DNA of 64,000 nucleotides from Octopus sinensis. Its lineage: Eukaryota. The first letter of the stretch is position 1. Every line of letters starts with the position of its first letter. Of the stretch, positions 41,026 to 53,510 are shown in pieces. The stretch is from contig NC_043008.1 in assembly GCF_006345805.1 (NCBI RefSeq), forward strand, positions 25,234,001-25,298,000, in the 5' to 3' direction. The position numbers and the translations under genes were made by a program. The notes under the pieces were generated by a model. That model was not told where the DNA came from and did no database searches. It saw only the letters and a list, made by a program, of their open reading frames with translations.

Positions 41026-41153
41026 CGTGACGCCTAAACCAATCAGCTCAACCAACCAATCAGCTTAAGTAATTGAGTGATACTACACACTGATTGGTCA
41101 GAATACAGTTTGCAAAACCTAGCCCTCTGGAGCCTACCCAGCTGTATTTATAG
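41026..41153 (+). promoter_or_regulatory. Putative pLTR Pol II promoter
   Basis: CCAATCAG at 41039 and 41056, inverted CTGATTGG at 41090, TATTTATAG at 41145, about 65 nt upstream of the hammerhead. Confidence 0.45.
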
Positions 41154-41215
41154 CACAGAATCAATCATCTTGCTACAGTCAAAAATTGTGAAGCATGACT
41201 GTCACCACTACTACA

Positions 41216-41260
41216 TGAACCTGAAGATTGCAGAATTTAATGCATGAAAGTACTACTTCA
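41216..41260 (+). ncRNA. Minimal hammerhead ribozyme (slightly decayed)
   Basis: UGAAc-CUGAAGA-uUGCA-gaauuuaa-UGCAu-GAAA-GUAC-UA-cUUCA. Palindromic AGUACU stem III; mismatches at the base of stems I and II. Confidence 0.65.
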
Positions 41261-41407
41261 ATCAGAATGAACATTTAACATTCTACTATTTTATTTTATT
41301 TTATTCTATTATAATATATCATTATAAGATTGTAAATAAAACGTGAAAATCAGACAAGGTTGGAATTCCTTTTATTAATATATTCTTCTATACACAATCA
41401 CACACAC

Positions 41408-41458
<51 letters not shown>

Positions 41459-43433
41459 TACAGGCACACACATCTCATCATTGACAAATGACCTCCTAAA
41501 TGTTAGTGACAATGGCTGTCTGCTATACCCACGCTGAAATTTAAGTCAACAACTTGCCTAATACTTCTAAGTCTCACCTACAATGCCAAATATTTAGGAA
41601 ATGAGCAAGTACAGGATCTACTGCTGTTTTATAATGAGGTAAGTGTTATTTCACAATTTCTATCTGTTATAGAGATATCTAAAGTAATGGTCTCTCATCT
41701 CTAGCTTTTAAATGACCATTGACTCTGCTGTATTCGTCCATTCTTTGGCAGGTTTTATTTTCCGTCCTGCATAGTGTCCAACAGTAAACCCTCTTCACTA
41801 ATACAGCTCCGTAGGGTTTCCAGTTTAGTTGTTAATGGTCCAACCTTGTGACACGTTCTACTTGGTTTTTTGCTTTCATGTTATCAGTAGTACTAAGAGT
41901 GACCATACATTCATAGAAACACACACACTCACAAAAACACACACACACACATACATACACACACACACATACATACACACACACACACATACGTACACAC
42001 ACACAACTGTGTGTTTAGTTACATATATATATAAACGTTTTCATGAACGTGTGTATATGTATATACTTATAAATGTTAATATATAAATGTATATATGTGA
42101 AGGTGGATGTCGACTTTTACATGCCGAAAAGCTATATCTGATACAGAACTATATATTATATGAACGATGTCTTTTTCAAATTCTTTCTATATCATATCTA
42201 AAAACATTTACATATTGTTAAAACAAGTCACATCACATCACTTTAATATGAATTACTATGTGCTATAAATAGAAATTCATCAGTCATTCTAGACAATATG
42301 TTCTCTAAGAAAATTTTTTGATTATTTTGAGCAGATTATTCCTAGGTGAGTTTGAACATGATTTATTTGTTTAAAATTAATGCATAAAGCAAAATGACAG
42401 TTGGCAAGATATTTGATGTATTTGGTCTATTTATTTCTGTCTTATTTTTTTGTTCATTTATTCTGCTTATTAATTTTCTTGTTTATTTACTTTTGCATTT
42501 ATTAATTGTTTGTTTATTTGTTTAGTTCTCAAGTTTGTTATTATTTGACGTTTATTTTATTTTATTGTTTGAAATGTTAATTTAGATTTTCAATAATATA
42601 TTTTGTGCCAGTAGACAAAAAAGCCAGCATAACTAAAACATGAAATTATAATTTACAGTTATCTATAATAAACATTTTATCTAATCTTTTTTTCTCCAGG
42701 ATTCCCTGCATCTGTAATGGCATCCTTTCTTACCCATAACTACTAATTTTTATTGATTCAAACTACACATTAGCTAAATTAAGTTTAACCAGTTAATCTA
42801 GCTAAGAAGGTTTGAAAATTGTATGATATCTGGCTGTTTTACACATTGATAAATATAAATAAAAAGAAAATATAACTGACATTATCCTGTAACTTAACAG
42901 ATGGTTTGAGTATTCGGGTTACACATGGGCTAATCAGTAGATTTGGATGCTATTTTCTCTAAAAATAGTTCTCTATAAATGTGAAATCTGTAACATACAA
43001 TCTGAAATGTTGAAACCTCAACATATGTGTTGTAGATAGCATTTCAACTGAAAGTTTTCAATGTGTCTATTGATTATTTAAAGTAGTAGAAACAATTTTG
43101 TTGATTTGGGGAATTGAACTGCAGAGTCAAAGCAACTGGGAATGTAAGTCTAAACATGGAATAAGCAATCAACTTGAAATAACTGAGCTGTTCAAAAGAA
43201 CCTTCATTTGAATATTTTACAGATATCAAGCATTCTTAATGTATATTGATGTCTAAATCTGTGATAGTATTTCTATGGGACATAGGAATCATATTGCATA
43301 ATCTAATGATCAATACCCTAACCAAGGATGAAATATTAAGAACAACAGGCTCATTTCATTATTATGGGCATATTGTTTAAGGCTTAAAACATGGGTCAAC
43401 TGTTTAAAAGTATGAATATTAAGGAGTTGAAAG

Positions 43434-43626
43434 TAATGTTCCCACTAAGGTTTGGCTCTGGGTGCACACTGAAATTTACAATGTGTGCAAATTTTGTCTT
43501 TTTTTGCAAAGTATGTGCCCATTCATGAAAGTTGCTATTGCTCAAATTTCTTCAATAAAAATATCTGGTTTCATCTTGAAAACCCTGTGTGCATGCATAC
43601 AAGGACACAGATTAGAGGGAACACTG
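43434..43626. mobile_element. hAT-type MITE
   Basis: TIRs taatgttcccactaa and ttagagggaacactg; 8-bp TSD gttgaaag (43426-43433) / gttgaaaa (43627-43634). Confidence 0.75.
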
Positions 43627-45195
43627 GTTGAAAATAACTGGATTTTCGTATGACCAAATTGAGCAACTTCATAGAAGCTCCTTTGCTAAAATCAAGCACA
43701 CCAGAAAACTTCTATGATTTTCTCATTGTCTTGGATTATTGAAGAGATTTTCACTTTACTGGAGAGATTTTTAGATTTTGTTCAATAATTTTATTCTTAT
43801 ATTCAAAAATAGTTTTCCAAAACAAAATTTTTATCTAAAACTAGATAATAATCATATATATAAAAGTAGTGATTTATTTATTAATGTTTTGAACTTGACA
43901 CCATCTACATGAAAAGGAATAACTGAGTAAGTGTTAACATATTTAATGCAAAGAGCCAACAATAAACAATTACGCAGTGAGAAAAAATGATTATAGTCAA
44001 TGATTAAAGTTAACTAAATTATATTAGCAATTATAGGTGACAATTTCAAACACGGTTTAGTTAATCCTAGCTGTGTGGATAATATATCTGAGTTATTTAT
44101 TCGATACCAATCAGTGCACAATTTTGTACATTTACTTAAAGATACTTCCATCACTAATTTGGTAAGCACGAGAAAGCCTATGATTTGCTGATAATGTCAT
44201 AAGATTGAAACATATATGTAGATGTATCTGCTGAAAAATATTGGCCATTGACTAGAAAGTTTTAGAATCAGATTATGGAGCACACTTAGGGTTATAAATG
44301 TATGAAAGGCCAGTGCACATTTTCTGTTCACTCACAAGGTATTAATCAACATAATTCTAGAGTAGAAGATAGTTACACAGGTGCTTCAGAGTAGGATCAA
44401 ACATAGAACAACTTAGCTGTCAAGTGAATTTCCTAACCACTTGTTGCTGCCTGGCTTTAACCATATAATTATTTAGATTTTAATGCTCCTTACATTACAT
44501 GTGTTAACACTAACATGATCCCGAGCAATCTCATAAAATAATACTCTCTATATGTTGTTGAATATGGCTCAAATAACTTATGAAGGAACTGCATCAAACA
44601 CACACAAAGGACAATTTTATAGACAACTTGCTTTATCTACATACTGTTAATTATTTATTGCAATTTATTAATGTACTTCCCTAAGTAAACTACAACTAAG
44701 ATATTATGTAATGAATAAAATTAATAAGTGTTTACTACTGAGAGTATTTTTTTCCTTGCTAAAACTGTACATATATATTGATATTGTGAATTTCATAAAT
44801 AAAGAGGTACTAAATTTACTAGATAGTAAATAAACTGCCAGGAAATAAATTCTGACGAATAAGTTAAAAGTTACAAACTGACTGTTGTAGTTCCTTTTAA
44901 GATATTTTACCTCACACTTTGCAAACATAGCTAAGGGCACTCATTTATTCTTTAGAAATAGCTAGTTACATAATGGTTCTTTGGCTTTCTGAAAAGTTTC
45001 TATTTCCTGTCTGCTGTATGACAATTTGAAAGTGCATCTGTTTAAAAGAGGTGAATACAAAAGTTATATCCTGTGATTTCTATCATTTCATATACACTTC
45101 AACATGCTAAAGATAAAAATAGTATTGTTAAATATTGTTTCATATAAAGAAGAAAAGTTTATTTCTTTTGATTGGATACAAACACCCTATATTAC

Positions 45196-45349
45196 CAAGT
45201 AATTGAAATACGATGGAGAAGTGTTGATCATGAATTTATCAATAACAATAGCAGCAAAACTAGGATAAAATTGCTTCCAACAAGAATCAGAGCCAGCTGG
45301 TGGATTTGACCTACCAGAGCTTACTTTTTGTTCTAAGCATCTGTCAATT
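45196..45349 (-). CDS. Candidate internal exon of an unidentified host gene
   Basis: ttcctgtttag|...acttg|gtaata boundaries, 154 bp, only one frame open: IDRCLEQKVSSGRSNPPAGSDSCWKQFYPSFAAIVIDKFMINTSPSYFNYL. Protein not recognised. Confidence 0.3.
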
Positions 45350-46404
45350 CTAAACAGGAATACATACCAGTTAAATACTTGGAAATAATCTAGAGTATAG
45401 ATAAATTTGATAATGGCATTTTTTAAATATTTAATTTTTTCAGAGAAGCAGATAGAGTTTAACAATTATTTTCATAAGTTACAAATGCTGTGCTGTGGCT
45501 GAGGAAACCTTATCAAAAAGCTTATTCCTTCGATAAATGTTCTTATCATTATTTGCTTTGTTGTTTTCTATATACTGATTGAAAATATTTTCTTGTTTCT
45601 TGACATTTATTCATGATAATCAAACAACAAACATATGAGTTAGATGAATATTATCATTCAAGCAATAATAGATTTACCTAAGCATCATACACAATATTTT
45701 CAGATGTGCTGTGACTGAATTAAAATATGAGGAATGGGTTGAAATAACTTCCAACTCCACTATCTCTCACTTGTAATCAAAGTTTTCCTTCTATGATTAT
45801 CCTACTTTTATTCCAGACTACATTATCCAGTATGTCCTGATTTTTACGCAGTAGAAATAAATTAAAGGAAGATTTGGTTGCTACTTCTAGCAGATTGTGT
45901 GTCTCTGTAGAAGTGCATTCATTTGTTAAAGCTTTCATTATTGTTTGTTTTTGGCAATGTGTATTATAAGATAAACTTCTTAACAATACTGTAATCAAGA
46001 CCTATTTTATTGACCAGATATAATTTAAATATCATAAAATTCTGACAGAATGCTTTGATTAAATTTCTTTCAGTTCCAGCTGATAACACCATGACGATGA
46101 ACATATTTAGTATGATTTGATATTAATAAGACCTTGTATTTAGGAACTGAGAGAAAAGAGCTTAATACGAGCTTGTACATTTGACTTTCTACTATTGCCA
46201 ATTTCAGATTATCTTGAAGAAAACGTCATTGCTATAAGATTTTCAAAAGATAGTTGTTATTACTATTAAAGTATTTACAAATATTTAACATCTAACAGCA
46301 TTCAAATTAAAAAAAAAAGAACATTACTATATAACATTTAAACTATAAGCTTGAAACAAAACTGGATTGTAGAAGTTTCCAAAACGATTTCGTTCATATA
46401 TATT

Positions 46405-46770
46405 TTTTTATTTGTTTCAGTCATTTGACTGCAGCCTTGCTGGAGCATTTCCCTTTTAGTCGAACAAATAGACCTGAGGACTTGTTCTCAGTAAGCTTAG
46501 TACTTATTCTATCGGTCTCTTTTGCTGAACCACTAAGTTACAGGGATATAAGCACACAGTAGTTGTCAAGCGATGATGGTGGGGACAAACACACACATGT
46601 ATATGACGGGCTTTTGTCAGTTTCTATCTACCAAATCCACTTACAAGGCTTTGGTCAGCCCAAGGCTATAGCAGAAGACACTTGCCCAAGGTTCGAAGCA
46701 GTGGGACTGAACCCAGAACCATGTGGATGGTAAACAAGCTACTTACCACACAACCACTTCTGCACTTGTA
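46405..46770 (-). mobile_element. Full-length tRNA-SINE
   Basis: The 3' half (cf. 4455) and the head (cf. 6068-6237) are contiguous here. Confidence 0.8.
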
Positions 46771-46790
46771 TATACATATTATTATTATTA

Positions 46791-46828
<38 letters not shown>

Positions 46829-47353
46829 CATTATTGTTGTTGTTGTTGTTGTTGTTGCCCAAAACTAAAACAGAAGGAGGGCACTACTCACTTCATACAA
46901 GCATCACCCACATCACAACAGCTGAAGTAACTACAGAAGAAACTCCACGAAAAGAAAGCAGAGAGGGATCCAGCCAACATACCACCAACACCACCACCAC
47001 CACCACCAACTACATGAGAGACAACAACGCCAACAACAAAAGATGCGCTTAACACAACCACCTCCACATCACCTACAAAAGCACCATCAATGCGGTTCTT
47101 GCTAGAGGAATAAACAACATCAGTGAATTTCGACCCACTGGAACTATCTCTTACTGACTCTGACCCCTCAGACATGTGTGGAGAGGCTGACAGAATTGAG
47201 TGGACAGAAGTCACACGTAAAAGGCTAAGAAAAAGGCACAACAGTAGACCATACTGTTGATATACAAATATGCTATTCTTGATCCTAACCTTGTGTAATT
47301 ATTATTAAAATATCTTTGATTTAATTGGATCCTGCAAATATGTATGTACATAT

Positions 47354-47411
<58 letters not shown>

Positions 47412-47424
47412 ATATAATATATAT

Positions 47425-47463
<39 letters not shown>

Positions 47464-47549
47464 AAGGGTGAAAAGGAACACACGAGTTGATATATATGAA
47501 AAAAAAGTAAAAAATAGAAAATGCTAAAATAATTTTATAGTGAACATTT

Positions 47550-47587
47550 CAGTACCGGTTTCGGGCATTTTGAGACCTTTTCAACTG
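47550..47587 (-). ncRNA. Minimal hammerhead (U3-A8), copy in the inverted tail
   Basis: Reverse complement of 53473-53510. Confidence 0.7.
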
Positions 47588-48262
47588 TAACGATTAAATA
47601 ATTAAATTTAGAAAAATTAGAAGAAACGTTTTTTTAAAAGAATATTTCTATAGTAGTGTTCAGATTTAAGTGGCATTCTGCCTTTCTCTGACTCCCTTGT
47701 TTGCACTTGTGTGTTCGAGGTAGTTGTGAGTTCTTGGTAGGGTAGTAGAGGGAAGGCTGGTGAGGAAAGGGGGGTGGGAGAATCTGGGAGTGCCCTGATG
47801 GTCGTATTTTGAATGGTCAGTGGCGGCTGGCAGTCTCAGTTCAATTCAGGAGAATATTTATATTGACAGGCTTGTTTATAGAATTAGCGTAGGTGTTATA
47901 CTAAAAAACATTAGTGACAAACTTAAGGGGTAGGGGGTGGAGAAGAAGAAGAAGAAGGAGAAAGAGAAGGAGAAGATGACGATGATGGTGATGGTGGTGA
48001 TGATTATGACGACGATGATGATGAAGGAGGAGAAGGAGAAGATGGTGGTGATGATGGTGGTGATGATGATGATGCCGATGATGATGATAACGATGATGAT
48101 GAAGAAGAAGAGGAAGAAGAAGAAGAAGAAAAAAACAGAGAAGGGAGAATATGAATGGGTGTAAATATAGCTATGAAGGGGCTGATTAGTAATGGATTCT
48201 ATGGAGTGTAGTATTTGTGTGTGTATATATATTTTTTTCTTTTATTCTAAAGTTGAGGTATA

Positions 48263-48976
48263 TTAATTGTTTGTCGTAGACCCGTTAAGAAGTGGCTTGT
48301 ATTTTGTAATAAAGAGATTTTCTTTACTTATTCGTTGTCTCGAGGTTGTATCGTCCCTAAATTGGTAGAGGGGGAAAATTCTGAAGTTTGGTGTTTTTTT
48401 GTTGGCGCAAGTATCTATGTGTTGGCTAAAAGCTATTTTTCTGTTTTGGGGAATTTTTATCTGGGATCTGTGCAGGGCCATTCGTTTACGCAAACCATTT
48501 TTTGTTTGGCCTATGTACTGCTCTTGACACCCGGAGCAGGTTAGTGAGTATATTAGGTTCTCCGAAGCACATGTGAAGTTGCTTTTCACTGTAAAACGTT
48601 GTCCCTGTTTGAAGGAGAACTCAGAACCCTCGATTAGATAGTCGCATATCCCGCAATTGGGTCTTCCACATTTTTTTACTGTCGGCTTCTGTGTTGAAGA
48701 GTGAATTCGGGCTTGTGTAAGGAGACTTTTCATGGATCTAGGCTGTCTTTTGCTTTTTATGATCGTGTGTGTTTGGAGGATTGTGTTCATTCTGTGGTCT
48801 TTTTTTAGGAGGGGTATGTTGTGGAGGATGGTGTCGAAGGCTTCGTTATTGAGAGTGTTGTGTGTGGAGATGTATGGTAAGGCTTTTGGTTGTAAGTTTT
48901 TCTTTGATTTGGGATGTCTCAGTTCCTTGATGTTAAGTTGAAGGGCACGTTGAATGCATTTGTCAATAAGTGAAGG
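48263..48976 (-). CDS. Open-frame PLE C-terminal segment (RT thumb/linker, Cys motif, GIY-YIG)
   Basis: 238 uninterrupted codons: PSLIDKCIQRALQL...KKCGRPNCGIC...LIYSLTCSGCQEQYIGQT...FITKYKPLLN. Confidence 0.85.
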   Translation of the reverse strand, partial: PSLIDKCIQRALQLNIKELRHPKSKKNLQPKALPYISTHNTLNNEAFDTILHNIPLLKKDHRMNTILQTHTIIKSKRQPRSMKSLLTQARIHSSTQKPTVKKCGRPNCGICDYLIEGSEFSFKQGQRFTVKSNFTCASENLIYSLTCSGCQEQYIGQTKNGLRKRMALHRSQIKIPQNRKIAFSQHIDTCANKKTPNFRIFPLYQFRDDTTSRQRISKENLFITKYKPLLNGSTTNN

Positions 48977-49153
48977 CTCACCAGCCTTCCCTCTACTACC
49001 CTACCAAGAACTCACAACTACCTCGAACACACAAGTGCAAACAAGGGAGTCAGAGAAAGGCAGAATGCCACTTAAATCTGAACACTACTATAGAAATATT
49101 CTTTTAAAAAAACGTTTCTTCTAATTTTTCTAAATTTAATTATTTAATCGTTA

Positions 49154-49191
49154 CAGTTGAAAAGGTCTCAAAATGACCGAAACCGGTACTG
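49154..49191 (+). ncRNA. Minimal hammerhead in the 5' pLTR (UUGAAAA core)
   Basis: CAG-UUGAAAA-GGUC-ucaaaau-GACC-GAAA-CCGG-UA-CUG; palindromic ACCGGU stem III; stem I extends cguu/aaug. Confidence 0.78.
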
Positions 49192-49311
49192 AAATGTTCA
49201 CTATAAAATTATTTTAGCATTTTCTATTTTTTACTTGTTTTTTCATATATATCAACTCGTGTGTTCCTTTTCACCCTTATACATATCATTAACCCACACG
49301 AGATACAGAAA

Positions 49312-52300
49312 ATGCCGACAAAAACAGACACAATCACCTCCATAAACGAAGAAATACTGAAAGAACTCAAGAAAATCAACACAAATTTGTCAACTTTTTT
49401 GAACGAATTCGACTCGACACTTCAACCCAATCGAGAGAACAATGAAGAAACAGATACGAAAAATACAACCTCCGAAATTGTCGAAAACCTTGGAAACTTA
49501 TGCGAAACAATTAGAACATTTTTCTCTAACAACGCTAACCAAGGACCTCCAAACGAGTCAATATATGGGATCAATACTCTAACAACATACCAAATGAAAC
49601 ACCACATAATACCACAATGGAACAAATCATCAGAGATAGAAAGTTCGCCTTTTGGAAGATGATCCAAAACAACAACAAAGCGGATATATACGAAAAATGG
49701 CTCAACCGGACCCCGTTAATCCTCCCACGTAAATTCCAGTTCAAAGCTATTACAGAAGAACCTGAAACACAAAGACACCTCAGGGAGAGAATGGTACTGG
49801 AAAAAATGAAAATGGAAATAGAACTTCTGAAATGAGGGCCCAAACGAATGAGGATAAAAAAATCCACCGATGAAGATATCAACGAAGAAATTCGCAAAAT
49901 GACCCAAGGCCCAGATCAAGAGAAGTTCTCCAAACTATGGAAAGAGGACTGTGAAAAAGAAGACCTAAAATCTCTCCAACGCTGGGAGAAAAGCGCCACT
50001 TGGTTCTCAGAATATGAAGCCGTCTTTCAAACAGAGCACGCCTCCAACAACCCTTTCCAGAAAATAAGAAAACCAAAACAACACCCAAACACCGATACAC
50101 ACCTGTCTAAAAATCGGAACCTTCACTACTATCAAAAAAAGAATACAGGACCTAACCCTAACTCTGTAAGCAGCCAGCGATACAATATCAGGATACCCCA
50201 CTTCAAGCAGAGAAGGATAAATCAACACCCACAGCATAGACACTGCAACCTCATCCCCACCCAAAGGAGTTACCAACGAAATCTTCGTCCCATTAACCGG
50301 TTAAACAACCATGCCACAACAAACCCACACCACTTGCAATGATTACCAACGAAGGCCTCCTAGACCACCACACCCGAATATGGGATATCGGGATGCTCTC
50401 CTCAATACTGCTCCAAGAACACACACCATAAATCACAACAGGAGACCCCTAATCAACAAAGAACAACTATATACTAGCTACCGTCCCAACCACACGCATT
50501 CATTTTTTAGACCCAATACGCAAACACAGAGACACAAGATAGCACCAAACAAGCAGGAGGAACCAAAAGTTATAAAATTATTAATCTAACTCACAAGGAA
50601 CTAACAGCAAACCAAATAAACATACTTTCCAAAGGACTCCAGTTACACCCCCCCCCACAACACCCCAACTACAATGAAATGAAAGAAGACATCGCAGAAT
50701 TCTGCAGAAAATTAAGACTTACTGAGGAGCTATACGATAAATACAACGAGCACGAATCGTTAGCCAGAAATAGGAGTAACTACACCCCCTCGAAAGGTAA
50801 GAATAAAACACTTGATGATTTCTGTGACCACATATCAAATTACCCATATCAACATATGCACAAACAAAAACACAAACCAAACTTCAGCAAAAAAGAATGG
50901 CTGAGTTGAACAAATTAAAACTAGATAAAACAATAACAATCAAAGAGGCCGATAAAGGGAGTGCTGTTGTCTTAATGGATACGACATTTTACATAACTTT
51001 GGTACTTTCTATGCTGGAAGACACAACATACTATGAAAAGGCACCAAAACTACAGTCAACAAAAAATAATGAGGGAACTAAAATCCATATTAAACCCATA
51101 CAAAGCAGGGCTAACCGACAAAGAATATGATTATATGACCAATTTCACAAGTAAAACTAGCCAATTCTACGGTATACCTGAGATCCACAAGTGAAAAAAT
51201 AAGCAACGCATGCAAGATAGCTACAGAAAAAAATAATTAAAGTCCCTAATCCTAATGACCTCAAATTGAGACCCATAATAGCAGGTCCCGCATGCGAAAC
51301 CCACCGCCTCAGTAACTTTTTAGACACCCTGTTAAAACCACTCCTCAAACATGTCAAAAGCTATATAAGGGACGACTTAGATATGCTCAATCACCTACCG
51401 AATACTATAAACAAAAAACACCATACTGGTATCCTTCGATGTAGTCAACCTCTACTCCAATATCCCCCACAACCTAGGACTAGAGGCAATCCAATTCTGG
51501 CTAGAGAATCACGCCAACGAACTACCACACCGCCATCAAAAAAGAATTGTGATAGAGAAGGGTTTAAATTCATCCTGGAAAATAACTTCTTCGCCTTCAA
51601 TGACAACTTCTACCGACAAAAATCGGGGACTGCGATGGGTACACGAATGGCCCCCTCCTTTGCCAACCTAGTCATAGGATACCTAGAGATCAGTCTGTAT
51701 CGTAAGGTTCTAGAAAGATATGGCAGCCCTTTCTCCATCTACATAGAAAACAACTGGAAGAGATATCTAGTGACTGTTTCATCCTTTGGCATAAAAATAT
51801 AGAAAAACTCATAGAATTCCAGAAAATTTTAAACGGACTGGACGTAAACATCCAATTCACGATGGAATATAGCCAACAACAACTCCCCTTCCTCGATATC
51901 CTCATTAAGAAAGCTAATATATATAATAGAAACAGACATATACTATAAGCCTACAGACTCTAAGCAATATCTTCAATTCAATTCATGCCACCAGACACAC
52001 CAGGATGAATATCCCCTACAAGAACTAAAGATACCCTAATCACCAGGAACTATCCACCTTCACTTATTGACAAATGCATTCAACGTGCCCTTCAACTTAC
52101 ATCAAGGAACTGAGACATCCCAAATCAAAGAAAAACTTACAACCAAAAGCCTTACCATACATCTCCACACACAACACTCTCAATAACGAAGCCTTCGACA
52201 CCATCCTCCACAACATACCCCTCCTAAAAAAAGACCACAGAATGAACACAATCCTCCAAACACACACGATCATAAAAAGCAAAAGACAGCCTAGATCCAT

Positions 52301-52773
52301 GAAAAGTCTCCTTACACAAGCCCGAATTCACTCTTCAACACAGAAGCCGACAGTAAAAAAAATGTGGAAGACCCAATTGCGGGATATGCGACTATCTAAT
52401 CGAGGGTTCTGAGTTCTCCTTCAAACAGGGACAACGTTTTACAGTGTGAAAAGCAACTTCACATGTGCTTCGGAGAACCTAATATACTCACTAACCTGCT
52501 CCGGGTGTCAAAGGCAGTACATAGGCCAAACAAAAAATGGTTTGCGTAAACGAATGGCCCTGCACAGATCCCAGATAAAAATTCCCCAAAACAGAAAAAT
52601 AGCTTTTAGCCAACACATAGATACTTGCGCCAACAAAAAAAACACCAAACTTCAGAATTTTCCCCCTCTACCAATTTAGGGACGATACAACCTCGAGACA
52701 ACGAATAAGTAAAGAAAATCTCTTTATTACAAAATACAAGCCACTTCTTAACGGGTCTACGACAAACAATTAA
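49312..52773 (+). pseudogene. PLE polyprotein (long N-terminal region, RT, GIY-YIG), ~1150 codons, frameshifted
   Basis: IKEADKGSAVVLMD, RPIIAGP, SFDVVNLYSNIP, YRQKSGTAMGTRMAPSFANL, WKRYL, LPFLDILI, YYKPTDSKQYL and LIYSLTCSGCQRQYIGQT, spread across shifted frames. Confidence 0.92.
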
Positions 52774-52884
52774 TATATCTCAACTTTAGAATAAAAGAAA
52801 AAAATATATATACACACACAAATACTACACTCCATAGAATCCATTACTAATCAGCCCCTTCATAGCTATATTTACACCCATTCA

Positions 52885-53120
52885 TATTCTCCCTTCTCTG
52901 TTTTTTTCTTCTTCTTCTTCTTCCTCTTCTTCTTCATCATCATCGTTATCATCATCATCGGCATCATCATCATCGCCACCATCATCACCACCATCTTCTC
53001 CTTCTCCTCCTTCATCATCATCGTCGTCATAATCATCACCACCATCACCATCATCGTCATCTTCTCCTTCTCTTTCTCTTCTTCTTCTCTTCTTCTTCTT
53101 CTTCTTCTTCTTCTTCTTCT
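52885..53120. repeat. Composite (CTT)/(CAT)/(CAC) trinucleotide tract in the PLE 3' UTR
   Basis: Visible; mirrored at 47938-48135 with different (GAA) lengths. Confidence 0.9.
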
Positions 53121-53472
53121 CCACCCCCTACCCCTTAAGTTTGTCACTAATGTTTTTTAGTATAACACCTACGCTAATTCTATAAACAAGCCTGTCAATA
53201 TAAATATTCTCCTGAATTGAACTGAGACTGCCAGCCGCCACTGACCATTCAAAATACGACCATCAGGGCACTCCCAGATTCTCCCACCCCCTTTCCTCAC
53301 CAGCCTTCCCTCTACTACCCTACCAAGAACTCACAACTACCTCGAACACACAAGTGCAAACAAGGGAGTCAGAGAAAGGCAGAATGCCACTTAAATCTGA
53401 ACACTACTATAGAAATATTCTTTTAAAAAAACGTTTCTTCTAATTTTTCTAAATTTAATTATTTAATCGTTA

Positions 53473-53510
53473 CAGTTGAAAAGGTCTCAAAATGCCCGAA
53501 ACCGGTACTG
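53473..53510 (+). ncRNA. Minimal hammerhead in the 3' pLTR (stem II mismatch GGUC/GCCC)
   Basis: Same as 49154-49191 except A to C in the 3' strand of stem II. Confidence 0.7.

Larger units (their letters stand above)
40095..41345 (+). mobile_element. 5'-truncated Penelope-like element (second family)
   Basis: GIY-YIG ORF, microsatellite-bearing 3' region, CCAAT/TATA cluster and a hammerhead motif. Confidence 0.85.
47456..48976 (-). mobile_element. Inverted 3' tail of the Penelope-like element
   Basis: Reverse complement of 52057-53571 plus about 35 nt matching 49253-49286; begins in a (TA)n tract. Confidence 0.95.

Noticed and set aside
45777-45998. ORF as host exon
   Set aside because: It overlaps a copy of the dispersed CTAGAAATAGCAGCCAAA repeat.
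46860-47260. Pro/Thr-rich frame ending EWTEVTRKR as a host exon
   Set aside because: It contains in-frame stops and lacks splice support; more likely a LINE ORF1 remnant, but unassignable.
52872-53147. Acidic and Met/Lys-rich ORFs (also 47937-48164)
   Set aside because: Trinucleotide tract in the PLE 3' UTR, downstream of the ORF stop.
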